Below the pieces are notes generated by a model. The model was not told the origin of the DNA, did not search any database, and saw only the letters and a program-made list of their open reading frames with translations. DNA of 64,000 bases from a virus: positions 1 through 64,000 of the IMG/VR virus record IMGVR_UViG_3300037041_001083. One strand, given 5' to 3'. Shown here piece after piece: positions 47,762-58,408 of this stretch (the first letter of the stretch is position 1; each line of letters begins with the position of its first letter). Position numbers and translations under genes: made by a program.

Positions 47762-48487
47762 TCACTTTTTCTTTGTCATTGATGGCTTAAACCACTTAGG
47801 GTTTTTACCAGTCGTTTGCTTTTGACGCTCTTTTTCACCAAGTATTGCTTGCCGTATCATGTTCATTACCAAAGGCTCAGTTTCACGCTGCACCTTCTCT
47901 GAAAGCTTTTTCCCCTCAACAGCAGGTGACAGCCACTTAGTTGGATCTTGCCGTATTGCCTTCTCAGATATTGTAACAATGTTTCCATCAGTGCTTGTGG
48001 CCTTCAATGGCTTTTTAAGCAACTTTCTCTGCTCGTATTTACCGATACCACCATACGTTTTTATGATTGGTATTTTACCCTTGGGAACCGTCCTTTTAAA
48101 GTCGTCCTTAACCTTCTTTTGAGTCGAGGTAGCACGAAATTTTGTTTTACCTCGATTTGGTATGCGGATAGGCAAATAGCGGTATCCATCCTTGCTTACT
48201 CTGGTCTTTTTTGAGCTGGATAATATTGCCAGTCCTATATTAAAAGCCTTGTGGCCTACCTCATACCAGTTTGCATGTTTTGCGAGGTTCTGGATAACGA
48301 TTTCCCCCGGACGTACGATAATTGATTTGTCCTGTAATAAGCCACTTGCGTACTCTCCTGACTGGTGAGGCGATAATGAAAGCCAGTAGTCACGAACAAA
48401 TTTTGCTGAGTTGTCCAATGCCCTTCTCATGGTGATATTGGCAAAAAACTCAACTGGCATTTTCATCACAATTTTTACTGCCATCAA
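47762..48487 (-). CDS. Neck/virion morphogenesis protein
   Basis: SGEYASGL, HANWYEVG..AF, SKDG.RYL.I. Confidence 0.6.
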   Translation of the reverse strand: MMAVKIVMKMPVEFFANITMRRALDNSAKFVRDYWLSLSPHQSGEYASGLLQDKSIIVRPGEIVIQNLAKHANWYEVGHKAFNIGLAILSSSKKTRVSKDGYRYLPIRIPNRGKTKFRATSTQKKVKDDFKRTVPKGKIPIIKTYGGIGKYEQRKLLKKPLKATSTDGNIVTISEKAIRQDPTKWLSPAVEGKKLSEKVQRETEPLVMNMIRQAILGEKERQKQTTGKNPKWFKPSMTKKK

Positions 48488-48726
48488 ATCCTCTGGTTTG
48501 AAACCGCTGTTGGATGCGTCATTGCATGAAATTTTTCCATCGTGGTAACGAGGACTTTAACACCATCCTTGTATAGTTTCTGCAACATTTTAGCATGGTG
48601 TTTGGCTTCGGATATGTCGTCATAAGCGTGATGATAAGCGACCTTTTGAAAATCTTTTCCGTACATGGAGCAAACTACGAATTGCTCTTTTTTACTTTTT
48701 TTTTTCCTGTTGTTGACTGCGACCAA
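48484..48726 (-). CDS. Small basic protein
   Basis: ORF overlapping its neighbours. Confidence 0.4.
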   Translation of the reverse strand: MVAVNNRKKKSKKEQFVVCSMYGKDFQKVAYHHAYDDISEAKHHAKMLQKLYKDGVKVLVTTMEKFHAMTHPTAVSNQRI

Positions 48727-49763
48727 TCAACCATCGCTTTAACGAGGTCAGCTCGTGATTTTTTAACTGTTTTTTTCTTTAATAATTCATCACCATAGTG
48801 AGTAACAAAATGGCCATTTCCACTCATCATTCCGTCTGATGGAATATGTGGCAAATGTTTTCCTGTCAAATCCTTATACGCCTGCTTATGCTTGTTAGCC
48901 ATAATAAAATGTTTCATATACAGTTTTTCATGTACAGCTTCACCGTATTTCGGATCACCTGATTCAAGAGATTCGTTATGTTCATTGGATCGTGTCATAT
49001 GAAATGCATATGCTTTTGCGTGTTTCTGTTCTGTAGATAATGGGGCAGGTTTTGAGGTTTGCTGATTTTGTCCTTGGTTCCTATTTGGAGGAGGTGGCTG
49101 TCGTCCTGCTCCTGCTGCTGGCTTTCTGTTGTACCTTGCCATTGCTGCTGGTGAGTATTGAGTAGCCTTATTGATAGCATCACTCAACATGTCTCGGGAT
49201 TTTTTTACCGTATTTCCCATCCTTCTTTTGTTTGTAGTAACCATTTTATCCAAAAGCTCCTTTTTTTGTTCAGGAGTATTAAGCCCCATTTTACGACTAA
49301 TACCAGCTAAATGTTCTTTAGCGTGAGCTGTTGGGTCATTGTGATATTGATGCAATTCATTTCCAATTGGTTTTTGATGCTTTTCAAAATGATGTTGCAT
49401 AAGTGCTGGAGGAAAAGATAAATCTTTAGATATGTTGTGAGCATGGTCTAAATATTTATTCATGTGAAACTTTGCCGCTTCTGCCAAATCTTTTTTATCA
49501 TTATTGCTGTAACTTCCGAATTTAGGGTCATGTTTAGGCGATGAAGTAACGAAATGAAATTGCCTAAAATGTTCTACAGCATCATGATATTCTGGATGTT
49601 GCGATATTTGATGGTTGTATGTTCCTTCCTTGAATTGCCCTTTTAGTGCCTTATTGATAGCATCACTCAACATGTCTCGGGATGAATTAATTAAATCATT
49701 TTTTTTATTATACATTGAAGTCAATCCTCTTACTTTAGGTATTTTTGTTACGAGGCCATTCAA
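48675..49763 (-). CDS. His/Lys-rich modular protein (possible internal head protein)
   Basis: Repeated SRDMLSDAINKA and VKKS motifs separating His-rich modules. Confidence 0.7.
   Translation of the reverse strand: MNGLVTKIPKVRGLTSMYNKKNDLINSSRDMLSDAINKALKGQFKEGTYNHQISQHPEYHDAVEHFRQFHFVTSSPKHDPKFGSYSNNDKKDLAEAAKFHMNKYLDHAHNISKDLSFPPALMQHHFEKHQKPIGNELHQYHNDPTAHAKEHLAGISRKMGLNTPEQKKELLDKMVTTNKRRMGNTVKKSRDMLSDAINKATQYSPAAMARYNRKPAAGAGRQPPPPNRNQGQNQQTSKPAPLSTEQKHAKAYAFHMTRSNEHNESLESGDPKYGEAVHEKLYMKHFIMANKHKQAYKDLTGKHLPHIPSDGMMSGNGHFVTHYGDELLKKKTVKKSRADLVKAMVDWSQSTTGKKKVKKSNS
49165..49683. repeat. Exact 36-bp direct repeat pair
   Basis: GCCTTATTGATAGCATCACTCAACATGTCTCGGGAT at 49165-49200 and 49648-49683. 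Confidence 0.9.
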
Positions 49764-50028
49764 CTTTTTTCAAGCGTAGTAATTCATTACCACCAGTAGT
49801 CGTTTCGGTAACAGTGGACTTCACGCCATAAATGCCAGACTCAAGCTCCGCTCCTGCTGGAACATGAACGTAGCCTTTGTGCATACCTAATTCTTGTGGG
49901 TCTTCATAACCAACCTTCAAAAAGGATTCGCCATTAATTAACTCTTTAATGGTTGCACCTTGTTTAATAAATATGGTTTTGATTCCAACTGGATTGTTTG
50001 GAAATGGGCTAATTATTCTCATAATCAA
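49735..50028 (-). CDS. Hypothetical protein
   Basis: ORF within the late operon. Confidence 0.65.
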   Translation of the reverse strand: MIMRIISPFPNNPVGIKTIFIKQGATIKELINGESFLKVGYEDPQELGMHKGYVHVPAGAELESGIYGVKSTVTETTTGGNELLRLKKVEWPRNKNT

Positions 50029-50420
50029 TCTCCTGCTAAGTAATAAATTCCCTTAGCAACATCCGTTGTTGAAGGGTTGGTTAATGAAATTGCTGTGAAC
50101 TCCATATGAAGAACACTTGTTTTTCCGCCTAAAAACTTGAGTAGCTGCGTCTGGCCTAAACTATTCGTTAGTTTAACCTGAATGTCAGCATAGGGTTTTA
50201 ATACCAGCACTTTTGCAAGCGCAACAGTACCCATACCTAAATCGAGGTTTCCGCCAGATATAGCCATAGTGTATCGACCATGACTTGATTCGCTGTAATC
50301 CGAAAAGCTAAGTTGTTCAGCTACTAACTGAAATTCTTTCTCGGTAAGTGCAGCTCCAGCTTGCGAAGGATTCCTTGCAGCTTGAAATGACAATGTTTGC
50401 GTGATTAAAATGTCGCCCAT
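50025..50420 (-). CDS. Probable virion structural protein
   Basis: Beta-rich 131-aa protein in the neck region. Confidence 0.65.
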   Translation of the reverse strand: MGDILITQTLSFQAARNPSQAGAALTEKEFQLVAEQLSFSDYSESSHGRYTMAISGGNLDLGMGTVALAKVLVLKPYADIQVKLTNSLGQTQLLKFLGGKTSVLHMEFTAISLTNPSTTDVAKGIYYLAGD

Positions 50421-50435
50421 CTTATCCCCCGTTTG

Positions 50436-51269
50436 CTAAACAAATGGCCCTCGACCTTTAGGTGAATTGTAAGTCGAAGGAACCGCTAAGTCGATTGCTC
50501 CACGCTCTCGTGATGACAACGCCCTATCCAGCCTCACCGCCTGACAATTAAAAGGATACACCACATCGGTCGTCAATATCTTGGGTTCAACAATCGTATC
50601 ATCATGCGATACTCGCAACATTGGCTTAACTGTTTCCTCCATCACCATGTACTCAGGACGAGCTTTATATCGCAAGCTGTACTTTGTACCTACTGGTAAA
50701 GGTCGCAAGAAAATAATCCTACGTTGTGTTGCGTCGAACTGCCAATCGGTTTTTGCAAGCATTTCAGCTTGAACCCTGCCTGAAGAATAAACAGCAACAT
50801 CCTCAACGCAAATCACATCACGAAACCGCAATGCTTCTGCTGTAGAACCGTCAGTTAATGTTGATCCCAAAACGTGGTTTTCGTCGTTGATAACTTCGAT
50901 GTCAGCGCATACCTGAATGATGTCGCCATCACCCGGAATAACACCCGGCAAGAACGTAATTGAAACGCTCCCTGCGTAGTATTTCCCACCCACACCGTCT
51001 TTCTTTGTCGTTGACCTTGAATGTACCTGCGCCCTACGAAAAATCGGCTCCTGCTGCCATGCTTGATGAAACCAGCCTAACCCTCTGCATGAATGACATG
51101 CTGGATTAGGTTGACCAGTTTCAGGCATGGTGCATGGACAACGCATCGCTCTCCAGTACCGTATTGATACTGAATGTTGCTCGATAAAATCCTTAATTAT
51201 GCCAGCATCCAGTTGTGGATACCGAACATAACCAGCGGTTTTATTTGCGCCCGGACGAATAGAGAACAT
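50436..51269 (-). CDS. Neck/head-closure protein with Cys cluster
   Basis: W.RAMRCPC...P.CHSCRGLGW, typical of SPO1/Twort-type neck proteins. Confidence 0.7.
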   Translation of the reverse strand: MFSIRPGANKTAGYVRYPQLDAGIIKDFIEQHSVSIRYWRAMRCPCTMPETGQPNPACHSCRGLGWFHQAWQQEPIFRRAQVHSRSTTKKDGVGGKYYAGSVSITFLPGVIPGDGDIIQVCADIEVINDENHVLGSTLTDGSTAEALRFRDVICVEDVAVYSSGRVQAEMLAKTDWQFDATQRRIIFLRPLPVGTKYSLRYKARPEYMVMEETVKPMLRVSHDDTIVEPKILTTDVVYPFNCQAVRLDRALSSRERGAIDLAVPSTYNSPKGRGPFV

Positions 51270-51272
51270 TTA

Positions 51273-51848
51273 TTAGGCTTTCAACACTGTGACGACAATT
51301 ACGGAACCAGCACCCGGAGCAGCACTCCAAACACCAGTAAGAGCGTCAACAGCCTGAGTATTGTAACCCAACAATGGAAGGCTATTTGCACCGGGAACGC
51401 TTTGAACTACCGATAAGATAGTGTCAGCAACAGCAAGGCCAGTTACAGTCATTGCTTCGGTTGCGCCAGCTCCAACACCAGCAGCAGAGGTATAAACAAC
51501 AACTTTGGATGCAGTCAATTTTGCTGCAACATTGCCGTCAAGCTTATTGATTGCTTGCAAAATGGTGTCGCCAACTGCAAGTGCGCCAGCTCCAGAAACA
51601 AACCCTGCTATCAACTTCGATGTAACTGCGGCATCTGTGAAAGCTGCGGTTGCCATTTTTGCGCTAAGGTCACTTACCAAGCTCGCAATTTTAGTCTGAG
51701 GAATGTTGCTGGGTAATTCACCGACGATAATGCTCAAGGCATTGTCAATCAGCTTAGGCAACATGTCAGGGTCTTGGATATTTGGAGCAGCCCTGCGTAA
51801 ACTATTAACCTGTGCATCCGTTAAGTAAACGTAACCTAAAGCAGCCAT
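51273..51848 (-). CDS. Virion structural protein
   Basis: Ala/Gly/Val-rich; DTILQAINKLDG fibre-like motif. Confidence 0.7.
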   Translation of the reverse strand: MAALGYVYLTDAQVNSLRRAAPNIQDPDMLPKLIDNALSIIVGELPSNIPQTKIASLVSDLSAKMATAAFTDAAVTSKLIAGFVSGAGALAVGDTILQAINKLDGNVAAKLTASKVVVYTSAAGVGAGATEAMTVTGLAVADTILSVVQSVPGANSLPLLGYNTQAVDALTGVWSAAPGAGSVIVVTVLKA

Positions 51849-51952
51849 GATTATCTCCTTTCGTGAGGTAATGTGTTCTAAACCAAGGTTAAACTTAAAC
51901 TTCTCTCAAAACAATCACTTTGCTACCGAAACCAATTTTCGGCTACAAATCC

Positions 51953-52291
51953 TTATGGCCTGAAATAACTCATAATCTGTGCTATATTTGCCGTTATCGC
52001 TATTGCACCAACAATAACTACTCCGAAAATAACACTGATTATTTTAAAAGCAAAAAATATATCATCTAGGGTTTTTTGTGTAGCTTCTGCAAGTATTTGT
52101 ACTGTTTCAATATGTGCATTACAGGATGATCGACAAGTTACTTGAATATCCTCTAAATTATCACTTCTTTTCTTGTGTTCCTCAACCGTGGCCGTCAAAC
52201 GAATTAATGTTTTACCTTGCTCGATTTGCTCATTCAACATGCGTTCATTTTGAACAATCATCATGTCGATTAATGGCTTTAATTCATTCAC
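51953..52291 (-). CDS. Coiled-coil protein with C-terminal TM (holin/XhlA-like)
   Basis: LTATVEEHKKRSDNLE plus hydrophobic C-terminus. Confidence 0.6.
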   Translation of the reverse strand: MNELKPLIDMMIVQNERMLNEQIEQGKTLIRLTATVEEHKKRSDNLEDIQVTCRSSCNAHIETVQILAEATQKTLDDIFFAFKIISVIFGVVIVGAIAITANIAQIMSYFRP

Positions 52292-52306
52292 AATATGCGC
52301 TCCAAA

Positions 52307-53452
52307 TCAGAAGAAAGCTACCATTATTCCCTTATAAGTGCGCCTCATGTCAAGTAATCTTTCTTCGGTCAAGTCCTGCTCATATCGTACAGCCAATGCG
52401 CCAAACATCGAACGCTCATTGCTCGCCAATAAATTAACGCTTGAACTCAACCCATCCACGCTGGCAGAACGATTCGCAATGCCTCGACTGATTTCCATGC
52501 CTATCTGGTCAAGGATATGGCAAGCCGCCCTTTTCATAATCGTATCACAAATATCCCTTGGGATTTGGTCGTTCGCTGATCCGTAGGTATAGTCAACACA
52601 CCAAAATCCGGGAACCGTATTTGAACCGTTTACTTCGAGCAACATCCATTCCAAGAACTGACCATTTTCATCAATTATGTAGGAGTTTGCACCAGCCTGT
52701 GTTGGTCTGATACGGAAAAATCCTGATTTGAACTCGTTACCGTCAATCCATTCATTCGGAACATGATAAACAATTCGCTTGTTATAAACACCAGCTACAC
52801 GGTTTATTCTGATGATATTGGAATGAGGTAGTCGAACAGTTGCCCACCTGCCTGACGCATTGGAGTATTGAAGTAAGCTACCCTCTTCGTCATAGTCAAC
52901 ATTTAACTGAGGATTACCTGATGCAAATGGTCGTGTCAAAACTCTCATTTGTTTTAAAGGTATGCCAAGCTTTTGTTGCATGAACGATATTGAGTTATCA
53001 ATAAAATGCTGCAACAAGTTATCTGGTAGGAAATAGTTTTGAATAGCACTACGCACAGGCCATAGGTAAAACCGTTTTAATGCACATGCTGTTAAGTCTG
53101 CCAATGTGCAATTAAGTAGCAAGTTGAAGTTAGGAGTACCTGTTGATAACTGTGTCGTTACTAAAACATCGTAACGTAACACTCTCTTTCCTGAACTTGT
53201 AAATGGCTCATATTCCCATACATCATGATATGTACCAGTGTGATTCATTATCCCTGCTGGAATGGTTGCTTGGTACGATCCAAGACCAACATGGAATATA
53301 TCGTTTGGATGTATGAAGTGAATAGGCGCATAATTTTCATCTAATATTCTTACTCCAAACATTTGATGAACGTCGGATATTTGACCACCAAACATGTGAC
53401 GAAAGCCTAATAAGCACTCCTCGCCTACTAAAGTCTCAAATCTTGTTCCCAT
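52307..53452 (-). CDS. Head-tail adaptor with N-terminal Ig-like domain
   Basis: VDYTYG...IPRDI...I.K.AA, GIA..S.SVDGLSSS. Confidence 0.75.
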   Translation of the reverse strand: MGTRFETLVGEECLLGFRHMFGGQISDVHQMFGVRILDENYAPIHFIHPNDIFHVGLGSYQATIPAGIMNHTGTYHDVWEYEPFTSSGKRVLRYDVLVTTQLSTGTPNFNLLLNCTLADLTACALKRFYLWPVRSAIQNYFLPDNLLQHFIDNSISFMQQKLGIPLKQMRVLTRPFASGNPQLNVDYDEEGSLLQYSNASGRWATVRLPHSNIIRINRVAGVYNKRIVYHVPNEWIDGNEFKSGFFRIRPTQAGANSYIIDENGQFLEWMLLEVNGSNTVPGFWCVDYTYGSANDQIPRDICDTIMKRAACHILDQIGMEISRGIANRSASVDGLSSSVNLLASNERSMFGALAVRYEQDLTEERLLDMRRTYKGIMVAFF

Positions 53453-56439
53453 TATACACCTGCGCCATTCGATAATAATGTTGTAACATCAGTGATAATT
53501 ATTGCACGTTCAGCCTTCGCTACATCGTTAATATGGCGTAAATCATCTACTTCTGGAACAAATCCGCTACCTTTTATATCGTTAATAGCGTTCATAATAG
53601 TGATTGTATCCACTTCAACAGGAATGGCGTTCTTGATCTGCTCCAAGCTATCAGTGTTGGTATCAAATCCAGTACCAGCCATTGATTGCACAAATGCTGC
53701 TGTTGCTCTGCTGGAAATTGTAGCATCAAGGTTATCAAGCCTTGGATCGCTATTTGATACTGTGTCCATTGGTATTGATAACACAGCACTTGCAACACCA
53801 TTTACGCTTGTTTGAGTTGCCCTCGTGTTCACCAGAGCAAGTATTGCGTCCTGCTTTGTTTGAGTTGCATCACCAAAATCAAGTGCATCCACGCTCTCCT
53901 GAATTTGAGTCAACTGAACTGGGGTTGATGCAAAATCAGCCGTTGAAAGCCTTGAACCCACAGCCACATCAAGCCTGTCAATTCGAGAGTCATTCGTAAG
54001 CAATGGATTGGTTGGTATCAATGCGAGGTCAACAGCGATTGCGTCCACGCTGCTCTGTGATGCTTTGCTTGCTGCTTCGGCCTGTGCGGATGCTGCATTG
54101 GCTGCTGCATTGTCTGCTGACAACTTAGCATCGGTTGCCTTGCTGGTTATTTGAACCAAGCTATGCTGTGCCGAGTTAAATCCTGCGCCCTTCACTTGCA
54201 ACAAATCTGCCAGAATCGGTGCAGTATCCAATCCTACCGCTACCGCATCACTGATTTTTTCCAAGGTATCTGTGGTTGGATTAAAGCCAGCTCCCTTGAT
54301 GCTATTCACATTGCTTTCGGTTGCCCTTGTGCTAATTGCTGCGTCAAGGTTTGCTAGTCTCAAATCGGTAGTTAGTGCTGGATTAGTTGGAATAAGCCCG
54401 ACTGCGCTCTGTACTGCGTTGACGCTACCTTGCGATGCTTTACCTGCTAAGGATGCCAAAATAGCAACCTGATTGCTTGCACTTGCATCACCTGCGAAGG
54501 CTGGCAATGAATCTACTTTGGTTCTGACTGCTTTGAGGGAGTCAGTTGCCGTATTAAATCCTGCACCTTTTGTTTCGTCCAGTGACGCTTGGGAGGCTCT
54601 ACTACTAACAGCCGCATCAAGTCGTACTCCATACGTTCCTGCACCGACATGTCCTGCGGAGCTTTCATCCCATACTCCACTCGCAATAGCGGATACAGAC
54701 GGGGCATTGATAAGGTCGTTGAGTTTTCTTCCGGTTGTTCCTGCGATTCCATGAGCTGCTATCCCTTCATCCCAAACAGCGTCAGCAATATCAGCCGCCG
54801 TTGGTGCAGTAATAGGTGTTGCCCTCGAAGAAACCGATGCGTCGAGGTTATCAAGGTTTGCTGCCCTTGGTGCCGTAATTCTAAGTTCAAGAGCATTGGA
54901 GTCAGCAAGGATATCGTCAGCCGTGGTTTGTTGCGCTCTTGTTGAAACAACAACATCCAATCGTGCAAGGTTATCAAGCAATGCTGCTCGTCCTGCGGTA
55001 ACAGCTCCTTGGTTCGCACTACCGAAAGAACCACCTGCAACGTGCGATGCTCGTGCAGCATCCCAAACTGAATTTTCAATGGCTGGTGCATTAGTCTGGT
55101 TGATTACTTGATCGACTTTAAGCTCAATATTGCCAAGGTCGATAACAATCCCAGCAAGGTCAGCCTGTGTTGCTCTCGAAGTAATTTTGTCGTCCAGTAC
55201 CTCACCAAAGGAGCCAACTGCAACGTGGCTTAAACGGGTTTCATCCCATACCGCAGCAGCTACCACCGCTGGGCTTGCACCAGCAGCAGAATCACTTAAA
55301 CTTTTACCTACGCTACCAACAGCAACGTGGTCGATTTGTGCTTCATCCCAAACCTTATTTACAATAGAGTCCTCGGATGCAGTTGAAACCCCAAACCCCG
55401 TTTTGTCTGAAACCACTTGCGAGTTGGCATTTACATTTCCTGCCGTAAAACTCAACAAATCGGTTTGTGCTTTTACTGCATTAACTTTTGTTTCAATAGT
55501 GTCAGTCTTAGCTTTTACCTCAGCTATATCCAACACTACGGATGCCGTAAATGGCACTCCAAGTTTGGTGTTTACATTACTGATGGCTGAAAGTGCAGAA
55601 TTGGATCGAGCATTGGCATTTGCCTCGGTTTCTACTGCCGATACCTTCCCGTCCAAATACTCGCCAAATGTTCCTGCCGATGTGTGCATCGACTTCGCCT
55701 CATCCCAGACTGCCGCTGCATTTTGAGTTGCTGAAGGTACTGAGCTGAGTTGTGCTGCACTTGCTCTTGTCGAGATTGGAACGTCAACACGTTGCCCAAA
55801 TGAACCGCTCGCACTATGGCCAAGCACAGGCGCATCCCAAACAGCCGAAGCAATATCCACAGTAACAGCACGACTAGAGATTGGAGCATCAAGGTAATCC
55901 AATTTTGCTGCTCGTGCTGGTGTAAGTCGGGCGTTAAGTGCCTGTGTATCATTGCTGATTGCAGGTAAGAGGTTTGTGTCGCCAGCGATGTGCAAAATAG
56001 CATTACCGAGGGCAGCATTTCGATTTCCTGCTGCGACATCTGATTCCCTTGAACTGATTGCTGCATCGAAGAACTCCCCAAAACTTCCTACTGGTTGATT
56101 GCCAGCTCTTGCCAGCTTCCATACCGCTGTAGCGATTGCGGCTACATCAACAATATCATTAACGTCAAACGTATCACTTGAACGGCCATATCTTGATGGA
56201 ATTGTGTGTGCAGGATCATCATAAACAACCATCACTACAACATATCGACCATCAGGAACATTGACACCTAAATTGGAATAAAGACCTTGCCCAACATAGG
56301 TAAGTTGTGCAGGACTACCAACTATTTCAGTCATAAAGCTATTATAAATGTATGCCAATGGATATTTGCTCGCATTACCATCGGTAAGTAATACATTTAA
56401 GACTAAGTTTGAACCGCTAGGAATACGGAAATAGGACAT
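53452..56439 (-). CDS. Large repetitive virion fibre-like protein
   Basis: Many AVWD/E...H...GSFG and LDAxISSRA repeats. Confidence 0.75.
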   Translation of the reverse strand: MSYFRIPSGSNLVLNVLLTDGNASKYPLAYIYNSFMTEIVGSPAQLTYVGQGLYSNLGVNVPDGRYVVVMVVYDDPAHTIPSRYGRSSDTFDVNDIVDVAAIATAVWKLARAGNQPVGSFGEFFDAAISSRESDVAAGNRNAALGNAILHIAGDTNLLPAISNDTQALNARLTPARAAKLDYLDAPISSRAVTVDIASAVWDAPVLGHSASGSFGQRVDVPISTRASAAQLSSVPSATQNAAAVWDEAKSMHTSAGTFGEYLDGKVSAVETEANANARSNSALSAISNVNTKLGVPFTASVVLDIAEVKAKTDTIETKVNAVKAQTDLLSFTAGNVNANSQVVSDKTGFGVSTASEDSIVNKVWDEAQIDHVAVGSVGKSLSDSAAGASPAVVAAAVWDETRLSHVAVGSFGEVLDDKITSRATQADLAGIVIDLGNIELKVDQVINQTNAPAIENSVWDAARASHVAGGSFGSANQGAVTAGRAALLDNLARLDVVVSTRAQQTTADDILADSNALELRITAPRAANLDNLDASVSSRATPITAPTAADIADAVWDEGIAAHGIAGTTGRKLNDLINAPSVSAIASGVWDESSAGHVGAGTYGVRLDAAVSSRASQASLDETKGAGFNTATDSLKAVRTKVDSLPAFAGDASASNQVAILASLAGKASQGSVNAVQSAVGLIPTNPALTTDLRLANLDAAISTRATESNVNSIKGAGFNPTTDTLEKISDAVAVGLDTAPILADLLQVKGAGFNSAQHSLVQITSKATDAKLSADNAAANAASAQAEAASKASQSSVDAIAVDLALIPTNPLLTNDSRIDRLDVAVGSRLSTADFASTPVQLTQIQESVDALDFGDATQTKQDAILALVNTRATQTSVNGVASAVLSIPMDTVSNSDPRLDNLDATISSRATAAFVQSMAGTGFDTNTDSLEQIKNAIPVEVDTITIMNAINDIKGSGFVPEVDDLRHINDVAKAERAIIITDVTTLLSNGAGV

Positions 56440-56448
56440 ACATTCACC

Positions 56449-57039
56449 TCATTTGGCATTTGTGCTTAGATAGACAACCTTGAATCTTTTACAGTATCGC
56501 CCATCATCAGGAAACATTGTATCGACTCCCCAGACTTTCCTACAAGGTATTGGATTGAAACCAAATGCCTTTTTGTAAGCCAATCCCAAAAGCTCTATGC
56601 AGTAAACTTTTTTATTCGTAAGCCATAGCTGGTAGTCATAACCCCAATGCAAAAATTTTGATGCTGCTGTAGTTAGTCGCCATGTTTCCTCTGGCATCAA
56701 ATTTTCATCACGCATAAGCGCAACGTAACAGTGATGTTCCAAAAACGTCCTCAATGGGGTTTCTGTGCATACCGGATCAACAGCTTCATACACACCTCCA
56801 CATGAACTAATCATTGCAGCATGTTTGTACCAGCCGGGAATAAATAAGTTTGTGAGAGTCAAATGATTGCGACTATAAATCGTGTCACCGGGTTTTACTA
56901 ACCGAATAATGTTTTCAATATCTTCTTTTGTTATTTCGTGTTTTTCACACTTAATATGCACTTTGCCGATTACACGAGTTAAAGGTTCAAATGCAAACAA
57001 TAAGTGATAACGAAAAGATGCTAAGAAATTCATAACCAC
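56449..57039 (-). CDS. Permuted papain-like NlpC/P60 enzyme (YiiX/YebB-like)
   Basis: PGD.I, IPGWYKHAAM (His precedes Cys), YDY, YCIEL...AY. Confidence 0.85.
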   Translation of the reverse strand: MVMNFLASFRYHLLFAFEPLTRVIGKVHIKCEKHEITKEDIENIIRLVKPGDTIYSRNHLTLTNLFIPGWYKHAAMISSCGGVYEAVDPVCTETPLRTFLEHHCYVALMRDENLMPEETWRLTTAASKFLHWGYDYQLWLTNKKVYCIELLGLAYKKAFGFNPIPCRKVWGVDTMFPDDGRYCKRFKVVYLSTNAK

Positions 57040-57040
57040 C

Positions 57041-57550
57041 TCATAATGTTTCAGATAAAGGCCGTCCTAAATACAACTCTATCTTATTAACTATGTACAA
57101 AAGTCTTGCATCAGTTATGTAAACTCCATCTTTATTTTCTTCTGGTGTTGCTTTTAATACCGTAATAGCATCGTATAGGGAGCCTGTGAATAAACACTCC
57201 GTTGCATCCCTAAGTACATTTCTTACAAACGTAGTCATGCCAGCTTGAGTAATTCCTAGTGTGATATTTTCAGTAATAACTTGATTGATTATATCTTGTC
57301 CAAAATTCCTAGCTGGTATTAGGACGTGTTGTAAAATATATTCTTCTTGCGATGGAGCTGCTGAATGGTTTGTCACTATATTAGTAAGTATTGTTATTTC
57401 GTTCTCGGATAATTCCTCTGTGAAATAGATTTTCAACTCACTCCCATAAACACTTGTTCGGTCAAATTTAATACCTATTGAATTATTTTTTATTTCTGAA
57501 TCAAACTTATCTACATTTATTGCTGCTTTTGTATAAGGATAAAAAATCAT
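57041..57550 (-). CDS. Hypothetical virion-associated protein
   Basis: ORF within the structural block. Confidence 0.65.
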   Translation of the reverse strand: MIFYPYTKAAINVDKFDSEIKNNSIGIKFDRTSVYGSELKIYFTEELSENEITILTNIVTNHSAAPSQEEYILQHVLIPARNFGQDIINQVITENITLGITQAGMTTFVRNVLRDATECLFTGSLYDAITVLKATPEENKDGVYITDARLLYIVNKIELYLGRPLSETL

Positions 57551-58334
57551 ACTGGTGCTCCTAGTCGTATCATAATTAATGTTCTCGAATTTACAGTTAG
57601 CGACCCAGTATTAGCACAAGAAACCCTTATGTCAAGCGTATCCGTGCCGTTAAACGACAAAATATCCATCATCGAATCTATCATTGTTTGATTTGAATGT
57701 GCCGTGTCTTGGAAACGCTCAGAGCCAGATTCTATGACTGCATTTTTAAAAAACGCCCACCAATGTGATTTTGGTGTAGTTGTATAGTATACAGATGCGT
57801 TATACCACAGTGCATATTGACCTGCCTGTGGGGTTACGGTAAACCCTGTAATCAGTTCGTAGGTTGGATATCTTGCACTAGAAACAAACGGAGTTGCTGA
57901 ATCTATGTTGTAATTGATAACTCCTGATGCTATTGACGATAATAATATTTGCCAATACGTCCATGTTCCAGCGGCATTGGGATTTAATCGCAGAGTTGTT
58001 TGTGCATTTGATAGTCTATCCAAAATAAATAACAAATTACCAGCGCCATCTTTAACGGACACTGTTTGGTTTGTTGTATTTATTATTTCGTGTTTCCAGG
58101 TCAGTTGTACTTCATTAGCAGGTTGAAGCTGGATAGAAAACCCCGTTGCCGTTCCTGTTAAGAACTGAACTCTAGGAGAGGTTGCAGTTAATACCTTGGT
58201 TCCATTTAAAGTTGTCGCTGTGGTTTCACTTAGATTGCGATGTGACAGTTCCTCAAATGCAGACTGAGCATCCTTAGCAATAAATCCATTTGCGGCATTA
58301 TCAAACTCTATTCGTAATGCGTCTTCTGCACTCA
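57547..58334 (-). CDS. Virion structural protein (beta-rich)
   Basis: GAGG RBS before MSAEDAL; FDN..NGF...DAQSA.EEL fibre motif. Confidence 0.7.
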
Positions 58335-58346
58335 TGGGAACCTCAT

Positions 58347-58388
58347 AAAAAAAACCCCACAAGAGGCAATTAAGCTGGTCTGTGGGGT
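58347..58388 (-). terminator. Rho-independent terminator
   Basis: ACCCCACA...TGTGGGGT stem plus T-run. Confidence 0.55.
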
Positions 58389-58408
58389 AACTATCAGCCA
58401 GTCAAATG

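Noticed and set aside
53723-53736. Partial matches to the TnpB guide (GCATCAAGG near 29852, 53723, 55885)
   Set aside because: Only about 9 contiguous nt and no adjacent TTGAC; expected by chance
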